Below are positions 44,697-55,700 of a stretch of DNA of 64,000 bases, piece after piece. Made by a program: the position numbers and the translations under genes. The first letter of the stretch is position 1, and every line of letters starts with the position of its first letter. The notes under the pieces are model-generated. The model ran no database searches, had not been told where the DNA came from, and worked only from the letters and a program-made list of their open reading frames with translations. The stretch is from Longimicrobiales bacterium (GTDB taxonomy: Bacteria; Gemmatimonadota; Gemmatimonadetes; Longimicrobiales; Gaopeijiaceae): positions 224,001 to 288,000 of the forward strand of contig JAWLHJ010000005.1 in assembly GCA_041690395.1 (NCBI GenBank), written 5' to 3'.

Positions 44697-45098
44697 ATGG
44701 TGACCCGAGAGGATCTCGAGAGCTTCCTGATCCGGATGGATATCGACTGGAGGGAAGTCGACGACGGGATGTATCTCGTCCAGGGACGGAACAGCGGACT
44801 GCCCATGGTGGTTCATCATGCGGACAACCTGCTGCTGATCCGCCTGAAGGTGATGGACATGCCCGAGACAGCCCCGGCCGAGGCCGGCTTGTACCGTACG
44901 CTCCTCGAACTCAACGCCACCGACGTCATCCACGGCGCGTACGGCATCGAGGACGGCGAGCTCATCCTGAGCGACACGTTGGAGCTCGAGACCCTCGACA
45001 TGCACGAGCTGCAGGCGTCGATGGAGTCGATCGAGCTCGCGGCCGCGAGTCACATGGAAAAGATCCGGTCCCTGGCCGGCGTGGGGACGGAGGAGTAA
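44697..45098 (+). CDS. CesT/YbjN-like (type III chaperone fold) acidic protein
   Basis: 133 aa, acidic; LYRTLLELNA...HGAYGIEDGELILSDTLELETLD; GGAG SD; directly upstream of pspA. Confidence 0.7.
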   Translation: MVTREDLESFLIRMDIDWREVDDGMYLVQGRNSGLPMVVHHADNLLLIRLKVMDMPETAPAEAGLYRTLLELNATDVIHGAYGIEDGELILSDTLELETLDMHELQASMESIELAAASHMEKIRSLAGVGTEE

Positions 45099-45101
45099 TC
45101 G

Positions 45102-45956
45102 ATGGGGATCTTCCAGAAGCTTTCGACCGTGATCAAGTCGAACATGAACGATCTGATCTCTCGGGCCGAGAATCCCGAGAAGATGCTGAACCAGATCATC
45201 CTGGACATGCGCGACCAGCTCGCCAAGGCGAAGCGGGAAGTCGCGTCCGCCATCGCCGACGAGCGGAAGCTGAAGTCCCAGCTCGACGCCGAGGTGAAGC
45301 AGGCGCGGGACTGGCAGCACCGTGCGATGCTGGCCGTGAAGGAGGGCCGGGACGACCTGGCGAAGCAGGCGCTCGTTCGGCAGAAGGAGCACACCGACCG
45401 GGCCCACGTCCTGCAGAATACCTGGGAGGCGCAGGCGGCCGAGACCGAGAAGCTCAAGGGCTCGCTGCGGCAGCTGAACGACAAGATCGAGGAGGCGAAG
45501 CGGAAGCGGAACCTGCTCATCGCGAAGCAGAAGCGCGCTCAGGCCCAGCGCCGGATCCACGAGACGATGTCGGGGCTGTCCGACACCTCCGCGTTCGAGG
45601 CCTTCAACCGCATGGCCGACAAGATCGAGGAGGAGGAGCGGCGGAGCGTCGCGCAGGCGGAGGTCACCGAAGCGCTGCAAGGCGATACGCTGGAGACGGA
45701 GTTCCTGCGGCTCGAATCGGGTCCCTCGGGTGCCGACGTTGAGGGTCAGCTTCTCGCGCTCAAGCAGGAGATGGGCCTGATCGCCGCGCCCAAGGACGGC
45801 GGCGAGGGCAAGCGCCTCGGAGCCGGTGACAAGGCGGACGGCCAGGTCAAGGACGCCGAGGTGGACGAGAGCGCGGACGGGGAGGACGCGGCGATTCCGG
45901 AGGCCGAGCTGCTGTCGGAGTTCGATCGGTTGGAGGAGAAGCACTCGGAGTCCTGA
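45102..45956 (+). CDS. pspA: PspA/IM30 family protein
   Basis: MGIFQKLSTVIKSNMNDLISRAENPEKMLNQ; GRDDLAKQAL; AFEAFNRMADKI; coiled coil; acidic C-terminal tail. Confidence 0.93.
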   Translation: MGIFQKLSTVIKSNMNDLISRAENPEKMLNQIILDMRDQLAKAKREVASAIADERKLKSQLDAEVKQARDWQHRAMLAVKEGRDDLAKQALVRQKEHTDRAHVLQNTWEAQAAETEKLKGSLRQLNDKIEEAKRKRNLLIAKQKRAQAQRRIHETMSGLSDTSAFEAFNRMADKIEEEERRSVAQAEVTEALQGDTLETEFLRLESGPSGADVEGQLLALKQEMGLIAAPKDGGEGKRLGAGDKADGQVKDAEVDESADGEDAAIPEAELLSEFDRLEEKHSES

Positions 45957-45972
45957 CGCGCGGGGGTTGTGC

Positions 45973-46064
45973 GGCGGAGCGGCGAGAGCCCGTCTCCAGG
46001 GGGGCGCTGCGCTCCGGATGCTCTGCATCCGAGCCCCCTGGAGACGGGCTCTCGCCGCTCCGCC
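45973..46064. repeat. Perfect 31-bp inverted repeat forming a long hairpin (REP/MITE-like)
   Basis: GGCGGAGCGGCGAGAGCCCGTCTCCAGGGGG (45973-46003) is the exact reverse complement of 46034-46064; inner hairpin CGGATGC-TCT-GCATCCG. Confidence 0.9.
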
Positions 46065-46200
46065 TCCGTTCCGCACGGGACGGTGGGCCTGGCTGCGGGT
46101 TGGTGGGCATCTGACACGGCGGGGGTTCCGGGGCTTTCGCTCCGGGGCGCGCGTCGCATCTTTGAGCGGGACGGAAAGACCCTCTCACGGATCGGCTCGA

Positions 46201-47076
46201 ATGACCACGGTTTATCTCAACGGCGAGTATCTCCCGAAGTCCGACGCCCACGTCTCGGTCGACGACCGGGGCTTTCTGCTGGGGGACGGGGTTTATGAAG
46301 TGACCCCGTTCTACGAGGGGGTGCCGTTCGGGTTGGACCGGCATCTCCACCGGATGAAGGAAGGGCTGGCGTTCATGCGGATCGCGTTCGATCCGTCGTC
46401 GTTGGACGAGATGCACCGCGAGCTCGTCCGGCGGAACGGGCTGGAGGGCGCGGAGCGTGCGCTCGTCTACGTGCAGGTCACGCGTGGGGCGGCGCCTCGG
46501 ACCCACTACTTCCCGACAGTGGCGGCCGAGCCGACGGTGTATGCCTACGCGGCGCCCTGGAGCCGGCCGGCCGACGACGTGTGGAACCGCGGCTTCCGCG
46601 CGATCACGGTGCCCGACCGGCGCTGGAGTCGGGTGGACATCAAGACCATCGGGCTGCTCCCGAACGTCCTGGCCTACCAGGCCGCGAAGGACGCCGGCGT
46701 GGACGACGCGATCCTCGTTCGTGACGGGGTCGCGCTCGAGGGGGCGCACCAGAACTTCTGGGCGGTCATCGACGGCACCGTCGTCACGCACCCGAAGACC
46801 AATCACATCCTGCCGGGCATCACGCGCGGCGTGGTTCTCGAGCTCGCCGAGGAGGAGGGCGTGCCCGTGCGTGAGCGGGCGATCGCGGTCGAGGAGCTGG
46901 CCGGCGCCGACGAGCTGTTCTTCACGGGCACGACGGGCGAAGTGCGTCCATGCGTCGAGGTCGACGGGCGTCCCGTCGGTGACGGCGCGGTCGGGCCCGT
47001 CACGCGTCGGCTGTCGGACGCGTTCCTGAGACGGATCGAGGCCACCAAGGACGCTGCTCGCGCCCCGGTAAGCTGA
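46201..47076 (+). CDS. dat: Class IV aminotransferase, D-amino acid aminotransferase-like
   Basis: VYLNGEY, DRGFLLGDGVYEV, YVQVTRG..PRTH, DIKTIGLLPNVLA (PLP lysine), ILPGITR. Confidence 0.85.
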   Translation: MTTVYLNGEYLPKSDAHVSVDDRGFLLGDGVYEVTPFYEGVPFGLDRHLHRMKEGLAFMRIAFDPSSLDEMHRELVRRNGLEGAERALVYVQVTRGAAPRTHYFPTVAAEPTVYAYAAPWSRPADDVWNRGFRAITVPDRRWSRVDIKTIGLLPNVLAYQAAKDAGVDDAILVRDGVALEGAHQNFWAVIDGTVVTHPKTNHILPGITRGVVLELAEEEGVPVRERAIAVEELAGADELFFTGTTGEVRPCVEVDGRPVGDGAVGPVTRRLSDAFLRRIEATKDAARAPVS

Positions 47077-48101
47077 GCGCCACGCGGCTCGGAACGGCCC
47101 TGGCGGCCTTGGTCGCCGCCGTCGCCTGCGGCGTCCCGCCCGGACCACCAGCGGTCGGCGTCGTGGTGGTCCCGAACACCGCGCGGGGCGCCGCGCCGGT
47201 TCATCTGACCTATCTCGGCTCCGGAGGATGGATCTTCGAGCACGGGGGTGAGCAGCTGCTCGCGGCTCCGCTCTTCTCCAACCCGGCTTTCCTCCGCACC
47301 GGCACGCGCCCGATCTCCTCGGACACGGTCGCGGTGGACGAGCAGATGGAACCGTTCGACGTGTCCGCGGCCAGGGCGATTCTCGTGGGCCACGCGCACT
47401 ACGACCACCTGATGGACGTGCCCCGCGTCGCGGAGCGGCACGCCCCGCGAGCGCGCATCGTCGGGAGCCGCACGGTGCGGAACACGCTCGGCACCTGGTC
47501 GGGGGTGATGAGCCGGGTCGACGTCGTGAACGATTCGGCCGGCGACGGCGCCTCGCCGGGCCACTGGATGCGGTACGGTCCCCGCGTTCGCGTCATGCCG
47601 CTCCGCTCCCTGCATGGGCCGCACTTCGACGGGCTCACCCTCTACGTCGGCACGACCGACGAGCCGCGCGCGAGCCCGCCACGCACGGCGACCGACTGGG
47701 TCGACGGGGAGACGTTCGCGTTTCTGGTCGACTTCCTGGGCGACCGCGGTGACGTGGTGTTCCGGATCTACTACCAGGACGCCGTGGCGCCCCGGCCGCA
47801 GGGCTTCGCCCCGGCGAGCGTCCTCGAGGAACACCCGGTCGACGTGGCGATCCTCGTGCCCGCGACGTTCGAGGAGGTCCCGTGGCATCCGGAGGCGATC
47901 GTCGGAAACCTCCAGCCGCGACATGTCCTTCTCGGCCACTGGGAGGACTTCTTCCAGCCCTACGATGCGCCCACGGCCCCGGTTCCGCTCACGGATCTGG
48001 GCGAGTTCGAGCGCCGCTTGGCCAGGGTATACGACGGGCCGGTATGGCGCCCGGACCGATTCACGGAGTTCCGCTTCGTGACGGACGGCGACGGTAGATG
48101 A
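47073..48101 (+). CDS. MBL-fold metallo-hydrolase, probable lipoprotein
   Basis: TYLGSGGW, ILVGHAHYDHLMD, LGHWEDFF; AVAC lipobox; a full signal peptide needs a CTG start at 47073 (first canonical start is TTG 47109). Confidence 0.75.
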   Translation: MSATRLGTALAALVAAVACGVPPGPPAVGVVVVPNTARGAAPVHLTYLGSGGWIFEHGGEQLLAAPLFSNPAFLRTGTRPISSDTVAVDEQMEPFDVSAARAILVGHAHYDHLMDVPRVAERHAPRARIVGSRTVRNTLGTWSGVMSRVDVVNDSAGDGASPGHWMRYGPRVRVMPLRSLHGPHFDGLTLYVGTTDEPRASPPRTATDWVDGETFAFLVDFLGDRGDVVFRIYYQDAVAPRPQGFAPASVLEEHPVDVAILVPATFEEVPWHPEAIVGNLQPRHVLLGHWEDFFQPYDAPTAPVPLTDLGEFERRLARVYDGPVWRPDRFTEFRFVTDGDGR

Positions 48102-49324
48102 CCGATCGCCGGCCCGAGGGTCGCGGCGAGCGCGACGAGCATCGTGAGACCCGCCGGGAGCCGGGCCGACTCGGAGAGCTGGCGCGGCTCTTCCTCAAGC
48201 TCGGCGTGATCGCGTTCGGCGGCCCGGCCGCCCACATCGCCATGCTCGAGGACGAGGTGGTCACCCGCCGGAAGTGGATCGGCCGGCAGCACTTCCTCGA
48301 CCTGATCGGCGCGACGAACCTGATCCCCGGTCCGAACTCGACCGAGATGACGATGCATGTCGGTTACGAGCGGGCAGGTTGGGCGGGGCTGGTTACGGCG
48401 GGTTCCTGCTTCATCGGCCCGGCGGTCGTGATCACGGGCGCGCTCGGGTGGCTGTACGTCCAGTACGGTTCGCTCCCTGCCGTGGAGCCGTTCCTGTACG
48501 GCATCAAGCCCGCCGTCATCGCCGTGATCCTCGGCGCGATCTGGAGGCTCGCCCGTCCGGCCGTGAAGGACTGGCGCTTCGCGGTGCTCGGCGTGGGCGT
48601 GGCCGGCGCGCTGCTTCTCGGTCTCGGCGAGATCCAGGGGCTGCTGCTCGGCGGCGTGCTGGGAATGCTCTGGTTCCGGGCGGGCGGCGGCGAAGACAGC
48701 GGGACGGCGGGACGGTACGTGCCCATCCTCTTCCTGCGGGACGGGGCTTCGGTGGGGGTCCAGGGGGCCGGTGCCGCGGCGATGGGGGCGGCGGCCGCCG
48801 TGTCTCTACCGAAGATCTTCCTCTTCTTCCTCAAGGTCGGATCGGTGCTCTACGGGAGCGGCTACGTCCTGGTCGCCTTCCTCGAGGGTGGGCTGGTCTC
48901 GGACTACGGCTGGCTGACCCAGGCGCAACTCCTCGACGCCATCGCCATCGGTCAGCTCACGCCGGGGCCGGTGCTCTCCACCGCCACGTTCATCGGCTAC
49001 GTGCTGGACGGCGTACCGGGCGCCGCGGCCGCGACGCTCGGCATCTTCCTTCCGTCGTTCTTCTTCGTGCTCCTGCTGAATCCGCTCATTCCGCGGCTCA
49101 GAGAGTCGGCCTGGCTGTCGGCGTTCCTGGACGCGGTGAACGTCTCGGCGCTCGCGCTCATGGTGGCCGTCACCATCCAGCTCTCGGTGGCGGTGCTCGT
49201 CTCCTGGCCGGCCTTGGTGATCGCGCTCGCGGCGGGGGTCCTGGTGGTTCGCTTCCGGACCAACGCGGTTTGGCTGGTGCTGGGCGGGGCGGTGGTGGGA
49301 CGGGTGCTGTGGGCGTGGGCGTGA
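48098..49324 (+). CDS. chrA: Chromate efflux transporter (long-chain CHR family)
   Basis: FLKLGVIAFGGPAAH, NLIPGPNSTE, FLKVGSVLYGSGYVL, GQLTPGP. Confidence 0.93.
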   Translation: MTDRRPEGRGERDEHRETRREPGRLGELARLFLKLGVIAFGGPAAHIAMLEDEVVTRRKWIGRQHFLDLIGATNLIPGPNSTEMTMHVGYERAGWAGLVTAGSCFIGPAVVITGALGWLYVQYGSLPAVEPFLYGIKPAVIAVILGAIWRLARPAVKDWRFAVLGVGVAGALLLGLGEIQGLLLGGVLGMLWFRAGGGEDSGTAGRYVPILFLRDGASVGVQGAGAAAMGAAAAVSLPKIFLFFLKVGSVLYGSGYVLVAFLEGGLVSDYGWLTQAQLLDAIAIGQLTPGPVLSTATFIGYVLDGVPGAAAATLGIFLPSFFFVLLLNPLIPRLRESAWLSAFLDAVNVSALALMVAVTIQLSVAVLVSWPALVIALAAGVLVVRFRTNAVWLVLGGAVVGRVLWAWA

Positions 49325-49362
49325 GGGGTATCCGGGACCGGCGGAGCCCGGCCCCGCCGCTC

Positions 49363-50625
49363 TCAGCGGTAGATCAGGTACGGCTCCCGTAGCGATTCGA
49401 ACGCGCGAAGCTGCTCGTCCCATCCTGCGGTGAGCTCGTCGAGCTCCGCTCCCGCTTCGATTCCGAGGCGCAGGGCGTCCGTCCCGGCCAGTCGGTCGAA
49501 GTGCGCGACGTTCCAGGACCAGCGATCTCCGGATGCGCGGTAGGCCTCGATCACCATGGCGGCGCCCACGCGGGGCGCGTCGAAGCCGGCGTCGAGCGGG
49601 ACCACCCGGACCCCGCTCACCTCGACGCCGTCGAACTTCCCGTCGCCGGCGCCGCTCGGCGTGAACGTCGCGGGCTCGAAGCGCACGCCCTCGAAGCCGT
49701 AGGCGTTCAGCGCCTCGGACAGCGCCGCGCCGTCCAGCCAGGGAGCCCCGACCCACTGGAAGGCCCGGTCGGTGCCGCGCCCGACCGACAGAGGCGTGCC
49801 CTCGAACAGGCACGTACCCGGATAGGCCAGCGCGCTCTCGACGGACGGGATGTTGGGCGACGGCGGGACCCAGGGGAGACCCGTGTCGTCGAAGGTCATC
49901 GACCGCGTGAGGCCGGCGACCGGGACGACCCGCAGGTCGACGTCGATTCCGAACTCCCCGACGTACAGCCGGGCGAGCTCGGCCGGCGTCATTCCGTGGC
50001 GCATCGGTACCGGATACAGTCCGACGAACGTGCTGAACGCAGGGTCGAGGACGTTCCCCTGGGCCGCTTCTCCCCCGATGGGGTTCGGCCGGTCGAGGAC
50101 GACGAAGGGGATGCCGCGCCGGCCGGCTTCCTCCATCGCGTACGCCATCGTGTAGACGTAGGTGTAGTAGCGTGCCCCGACGTCCTGGAGGTCGAAGAGG
50201 AGCACGTCGATGCCCTCGAGCATGTCCTCCGTCGGTCGACGCGTTTCGCCGTAGAGCGAGTGGATCGGAAGCCCGGTCCGTGCGTCCGAGCGGCTGGCCA
50301 CGCTCTCCCCGGCCTCGGCCCGGCCCCCGATGCCGTGCTCCGGGGAGTAGAGCGCCACGAGGTCGACGTCCGGGTGTTCGGCGAGCCGATCGATAGACGA
50401 GCGCCCCGTCCGGTCGAGTCCCGTGTGGTTGGTGATCAGCCCGACGCGACGATGCCGTACGAGGTGGAGCGAGTCGTCGAGGAGTACGTCGATGCCCGGG
50501 CGAAGTTGGACCTCGACCGGTACTTCCGGCGCCGGATCACCCGCGCAGGCGACGACCGCCAGGAGAAGCGCGCCCACCAGGCGGCCGGCGAACACGCGTG
50601 ATTGTGACGGTGTATGCGTCGCCAT
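49363..50625 (-). CDS. namZ: Exo-beta-N-acetylmuramidase NamZ (DUF1343), lipoprotein
   Basis: VVAC lipobox; GLITNHTG, SPEHG, SLYG, FDLQDVGARYYTY, LDRPNP, RHGMT, WVPPSPN, SVGRGT. Confidence 0.9.
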   Translation of the reverse strand: MATHTPSQSRVFAGRLVGALLLAVVACAGDPAPEVPVEVQLRPGIDVLLDDSLHLVRHRRVGLITNHTGLDRTGRSSIDRLAEHPDVDLVALYSPEHGIGGRAEAGESVASRSDARTGLPIHSLYGETRRPTEDMLEGIDVLLFDLQDVGARYYTYVYTMAYAMEEAGRRGIPFVVLDRPNPIGGEAAQGNVLDPAFSTFVGLYPVPMRHGMTPAELARLYVGEFGIDVDLRVVPVAGLTRSMTFDDTGLPWVPPSPNIPSVESALAYPGTCLFEGTPLSVGRGTDRAFQWVGAPWLDGAALSEALNAYGFEGVRFEPATFTPSGAGDGKFDGVEVSGVRVVPLDAGFDAPRVGAAMVIEAYRASGDRWSWNVAHFDRLAGTDALRLGIEAGAELDELTAGWDEQLRAFESLREPYLIYR

Positions 50626-50752
50626 ACCTTCCGAGCGTCCGCCGGTCCCGGCGGTCTTTTTCTCATGGGTCCGTGTGGCCATGGGGCAAGGATCGTTCGC
50701 CCGACGGGCACCGTCAACGCGTTTCTCCGCCGTTCGCCCCAGCAGGTCGCTG

Positions 50753-52789
50753 ATGCCGCATCTCCACCAGTCCGCCCGTGGGCCCTCGACGAGGCCCGTG
50801 TGGCTCCTGCTCGCCCTTCTCGCTCTACCGGCCTGCGGCGTCCTGCCGTTCGTCGGAGGAGGCTCGGTCGAGCCCGCCGGTGACGAGGCCAAGGCGGTCC
50901 TCGCGGAGGAGGCCCCGGAGGAAGAAGGGGCGGCGGGCGTTCCCTCCGAGGAAGAGGTCGAGGCGCTGCTCGATGAGCTCAGCGCAGAGGCCCGCCGCCT
51001 GGCCGAGGCGGACGAGACTGACGCCGAAGACGCCGAGGAGCCGCTCGCGGAGGCCGTGCCCGAGGAGCCTACCGCGCAGGAGCGTGCGGCGGCCTGGGCG
51101 GACGACGCACTCGCCGGGTTGACGCTCCGCGAGAAGGTCGGGCAGCTCATGATGCCGTGGGTGCTCGGTGACTACGCCCCGGACGGCTCGCCGAGCCACG
51201 AGCGTATCGTGCGCATGATCGAGGATGACGGGGTGGGCGGCGTGATCATGTCGGTGGGCACGCCGACCGAGGTCGCGGCCAAGCTGAACGACCTCCAGGA
51301 GCATGCGCGCCTACCGCTCCTCGTGGCGGCGGATCTCGAGACCGGCGCGGGATTCCGCCTGCGGGGCGCGGTCCATACGCCGGGGACGATCGATCTCGGC
51401 GGCGCGACGGACTTTCCGTCTCTCATGGCGGTCGGCGCCACCGGAAGCCCCAGACTCGCGTACCAGATGGGACGGGTGACCGCGCTCGAGGCGCGCGCCG
51501 TCGGGATCCACGTGCCGTTCGCGCCCGTGCTCGACGTGAACAACAACCCCGACAACCCGATCATCAACGTGCGTGCGTTCGGCGAGGACCCTGCCGAGGT
51601 CTCGCGCATGGGCGCGGCGTTCGTGTCGGGGGTCCAGGACCACGGCGCCATCGCCACGGGCAAGCACTTCCCCGGGCACGGCGACACGGACGTGGATTCG
51701 CACATCGCCCTTCCGGTCATTCGCCACGACCGCGCACGCATGGACTCGGTCGAGCTCCGCCCGTTCCAGGCCGCGATCGACGCGGGAATGGGGGCGGTCA
51801 TGACCGCGCACATCTCTGTCCCGACGCTCAACGGAGGGGGGACCGAGCCGGCCACGCTGTCGCCCTACGTGCTCGGCACGCTTCTGCGGGACGAGATGGG
51901 CTTCGGAGGGCTGGTGTTCACGGATGCCATGGACATGAGCGCCATCGCGCGGGGCCGCACCGCCGCCGAGGCCGCGGTACGCGCCGTCGAGGCGGGCGCC
52001 GACGTGATCCTGATGCCCGCGTCCGTACCTGCCGCGATCGACGGGATCGTGGCCGCGGTGGAGAGCGGCCGGATCGCCGAGGACCGCATCGATCACTCCG
52101 TCCGGCGGCTTCTACGCACGAAGGCCTCGCTCGGTCTCGACACCCTCCGAGCCGTCCCGGTGGAAGGGCTGAAGCGTGTCGTCGGTGTGCCCGAGCACAC
52201 GCAGCTCGCGGAGCACATCGCGGAGCGCTCGATCACGGTGCTCAGCAACGAGCGTGACATCCTGCCGCTCCGAGGGACGCGGACCGCGAGGGTGCTGTCG
52301 GTCACCTACCGCCGCTCGAACGACATCCTGGCCGGGCGCACCTTCAACGCGCAGCTCCGTTCGGTCTATCCCCGACTCTCGACCGTGGACCTGGACCGCG
52401 ACGCGGGGCCGGACCGCTACGAGGATCTCTGGCGCCGCGTGAGCAGCAACGCGCTCGTCGTCGTGAGCACCTATGTGACCGCGGTGTCGTACCAGGGGTC
52501 GGTCGCGATTCCCGACGAGCTCGCCGACTTCATCGGGCGGCTCTCGGACGCAGGTGTCCCCCACGTCGTCGTGTCGTTCGGAAACCCGTACCTGATCCGT
52601 GACTTCCCGAGCGCGCAGGCGTACATGCTCGCGTGGAGCGGGTCCCAGGTGAGCCAGCGGGCGGCAGCGAGGGCGCTCTTCGGCAACTTCGAGATCTCCG
52701 GGCGCGTTCCGACCCGCATTCCCCCTCTGTTCGAGATCGGGGACGGGCTCACCATCGGCGCCCGCGTGCGGAACGCCAGTGACGGCTGA
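50753..52789 (+). CDS. nagZ: GH3 beta-N-acetylglucosaminidase (NagZ-like), lipoprotein
   Basis: LPAC lipobox; acidic linker; LTLREKVGQL, FAPVLDVNNNPDNPII, KHFPGHGDTDVDSH, TDAMDM, SFGNPY. Confidence 0.9.
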   Translation: MPHLHQSARGPSTRPVWLLLALLALPACGVLPFVGGGSVEPAGDEAKAVLAEEAPEEEGAAGVPSEEEVEALLDELSAEARRLAEADETDAEDAEEPLAEAVPEEPTAQERAAAWADDALAGLTLREKVGQLMMPWVLGDYAPDGSPSHERIVRMIEDDGVGGVIMSVGTPTEVAAKLNDLQEHARLPLLVAADLETGAGFRLRGAVHTPGTIDLGGATDFPSLMAVGATGSPRLAYQMGRVTALEARAVGIHVPFAPVLDVNNNPDNPIINVRAFGEDPAEVSRMGAAFVSGVQDHGAIATGKHFPGHGDTDVDSHIALPVIRHDRARMDSVELRPFQAAIDAGMGAVMTAHISVPTLNGGGTEPATLSPYVLGTLLRDEMGFGGLVFTDAMDMSAIARGRTAAEAAVRAVEAGADVILMPASVPAAIDGIVAAVESGRIAEDRIDHSVRRLLRTKASLGLDTLRAVPVEGLKRVVGVPEHTQLAEHIAERSITVLSNERDILPLRGTRTARVLSVTYRRSNDILAGRTFNAQLRSVYPRLSTVDLDRDAGPDRYEDLWRRVSSNALVVVSTYVTAVSYQGSVAIPDELADFIGRLSDAGVPHVVVSFGNPYLIRDFPSAQAYMLAWSGSQVSQRAAARALFGNFEISGRVPTRIPPLFEIGDGLTIGARVRNASDG

Positions 52790-55700
52790 GCTTCGCCGGC
52801 TCGGCTCGCTCGTCACGCTTCTGGTCGCCTCCGCCTGCGGAGGGACCGGACCACCCTCCTCCGGATCTCCGTCGCCAGGCCAGGCTGCCGGGGTTCCGTT
52901 CGCACCGCCGCCGCCCCTCCGGCCGGCGGGCGACCTCGACGCCGAGGCATCGGCCTGGGTGGAGCGCACCCTCGAGGGACTCACCCTGGAGCGCCTCGCG
53001 GCTCAGCTCGTCATCGAGTGGATTCCCGGCGGATACGCCGCGCCGTCGAGCCCCGACTTCGAGCCGCTCCGGAGCTGGGTCGGGGATCAGGGGATCGGTG
53101 GCGTGTCGCCCTCGATCGGGACGCCGCACGCCTACGCGGCCAAGCTGAACGCGTTGCAGGAGATCGCTGACGTGCCCCTCCTGGTCGCGTCCGATTTCGA
53201 GAACGGCGGTCCGGGGATGAGGCTTTCCGGCACGTACGCCCTTCCGTCTTTGCTCCCCCAGGGCGGAGGTACGGCCTTTCCGCCCACGATGGCGTTCGGT
53301 GCCGTCGGCGACGAGTCGTTCGCGTTCGAGTACGGGCGCATCACCGCGCGCGAGGCGCGGGCGGCGGGTGTCCACCTGCTGTTCGCTCCCGTCCTGGACG
53401 TCAACTCCAATCCGGACAACCCGGTCATCTCGACGCGCTCCTTCGGCGCCGATCCGCACGCCGTCGCGCGGTTGGGCGCGGCGTTCATCCAGGGGGCGCG
53501 GGAGGGGGGCGCGCTCACGACCGCCAAGCATTTTCCGGGACACGGCGACACGTCGGTCGACTCGCACCTGGGCCTCCCCGTCATCGCGGCGGACCGCGCG
53601 CGTCTCGACTCGGTCGAGCTGGTGCCGTTCGTTCGGGCCATCGAGGAGGACGTGGACGGCGTCATGACGGCGCACGTCCAGCTACCGGGCATCCTCGGGC
53701 CCGGATCCGAGCCCGCGACCCTGGCCGAGCCGCTCCTCACCGGCCTGCTTCGGGAGGGACTCGGCTTCGACGGCCTCGTGCTCACGGACGCGCTGACCAT
53801 GCGGGCGATCACCGACATGTACGGCATCGAGGAGGCCTCCATCCGTTCGGTCGAGGCCGGCGCCGACATCATCCTCGCACCGCGCGCGGTGCCCGAGGTG
53901 GTCGCGGCGGTCGTCGCGGCGGTCCGTGAGGGGCGGCTGGAGCGGGCGCGCCTGGAGGCGTCGGCGCGCAGGGTCCTGGAGCTCAAGGCCCGCCTGGGGC
54001 TGCACCGGAGCCGCACCGTCTCCCTGGACCGGGTCGACGAGGTCGTCGGAATCGGAGCACATCTGGCGTTCGCGGACTCCGTGGCCACACGGTCGATGAC
54101 ACTCGTGCGCGACGACCTCGGGCTGCTGCCGCTCGAGGCTGGAGGTTCGGGTGCCACCGGAGGTCCCATCGCGACGAATGCCCCGGGCGTCGGGGGAGGC
54201 CCCGGCGCCGGGGGCGGCCCGCTCGCCCCTCTCGTGCACGTGCGGTACGCACCGTCGACCTGGCTCTGGGCGGGCGCGGCGTTCTCGCCGGGTCTCAGGG
54301 AGCGCGCGCCCGGCGTCGTACAGATCGCGCTCGACGAGCGGAGCGACTCGGCCGCCTACGCGGCCGCGGCCGGCGTGCTCACCGACGCGGGGGACGGGGC
54401 GACCGTTCTGGTCACCGCGTACGTTCCGCCCTCGGCCGGGTCCGGGCGGGAGGCTCTGCCCGAGGCGTTCCGGGCGCTCCTCGCCGACCACGCCGATCCG
54501 GCGCGCACGATGCTGGTCTCGCTCGGCAACCCCTACATCGTGTCGGCGCTTCCCGACGTAGGCACGTACCTGGTGGGTTGGGGCGACCGCGAAGTATCCC
54601 AGCGCGCTGCCCTCGCCGCCCTTTTCGGGGAGGAAGCGATCGGCGGGCGACTCCCCATCCCGCTCCCGCCCGCCTACCCGATCGGGCACGGGCTGTACCG
54701 GGACAAGGTGGCGGATCGCGTGGCCGTGCGGGTCGTGGACGACCCCCTGGTCGCCGCCGGGATCGCGGCTGGCGGTCGCACGGGGGCGGCGGGCGTCCTG
54801 ACCCGTGAGGCCGACCCGGCCGCGGTCGGGATGGACCCCGCGGTCCAGACGAGGGTCGACGCCATCGTCCACGCAGCGCTCGCCGATTCGGCGGCGTCAG
54901 GCGCCGCAGTCGCGGTCGGCCGGCACGGCCGCCTGGTGCTGCTGCGCGGATACGGCGAGCTCGCCTGGGGAAGCGGCCGGCCCGTGACGGCCACGTCCAT
55001 CTTCGACCTGGCTTCCGTCTCGAAGGTCGTGGGGACGACCACCGCGGCCATGCTGCTGGTCCAGGAGGGACGGCTGGACCTCGACGAGCGGGTCGTGTCG
55101 TATCTGCCCGACTGGGCAGGCAGCGACCCCCGCAAGGAGACCGTCACCGTCCGCCAGCTGCTCACGCACCGGGCCGGTCTCGTCCCGTTCCGGCGTTGGT
55201 TCTTCGAGCTGGAGGGTGAGGACGCCTATCGTGCCGCGGTCGCCGCCGAGCCGCTCGAAACCGCCCCGGGCGAGGCGACGGTCTACTCGGACCTCGGTCC
55301 GATGACCCTGGCCTGGATCGTCGAGGAGATCACCGGGCAGGAGCTCGACGCCTTCCTCCGGGAACGGGTCTGGAGCCCGCTCGGCATGAACGACACGATG
55401 TATCGCCCGGACGCGGACCTGCTGCCGCGCATCGCCGCGACCGAGATGGACACGGTCTGGCGCGGCGAGCTCGTATGGGGTCGCGTGCACGACGAGAACG
55501 CCGACGCCGCCGGTGGGGTCGCGGGTCACGCCGGGCTCTTCGGCACCGCGCTCGACCTGTCGGTGTTCGCGCGCATGATGCTGAACGGAGGCGTCGCGCC
55601 GGCTTGCTCGCCGGGGGCCGTGGTGGGGGAGCCGTGCCCGGTAGCCCGACCCGCGCCCGTCGCCCTCCTGGACCCGGAGATCGTCGCGACCTTCACGGCA

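Noticed and set aside
38374..45098. A T6SS or T3SS locus suggested by the Hcp-like and CesT-like genes
   Set aside because: No sheath, baseplate, VgrG, membrane-complex or injectisome genes in the window.
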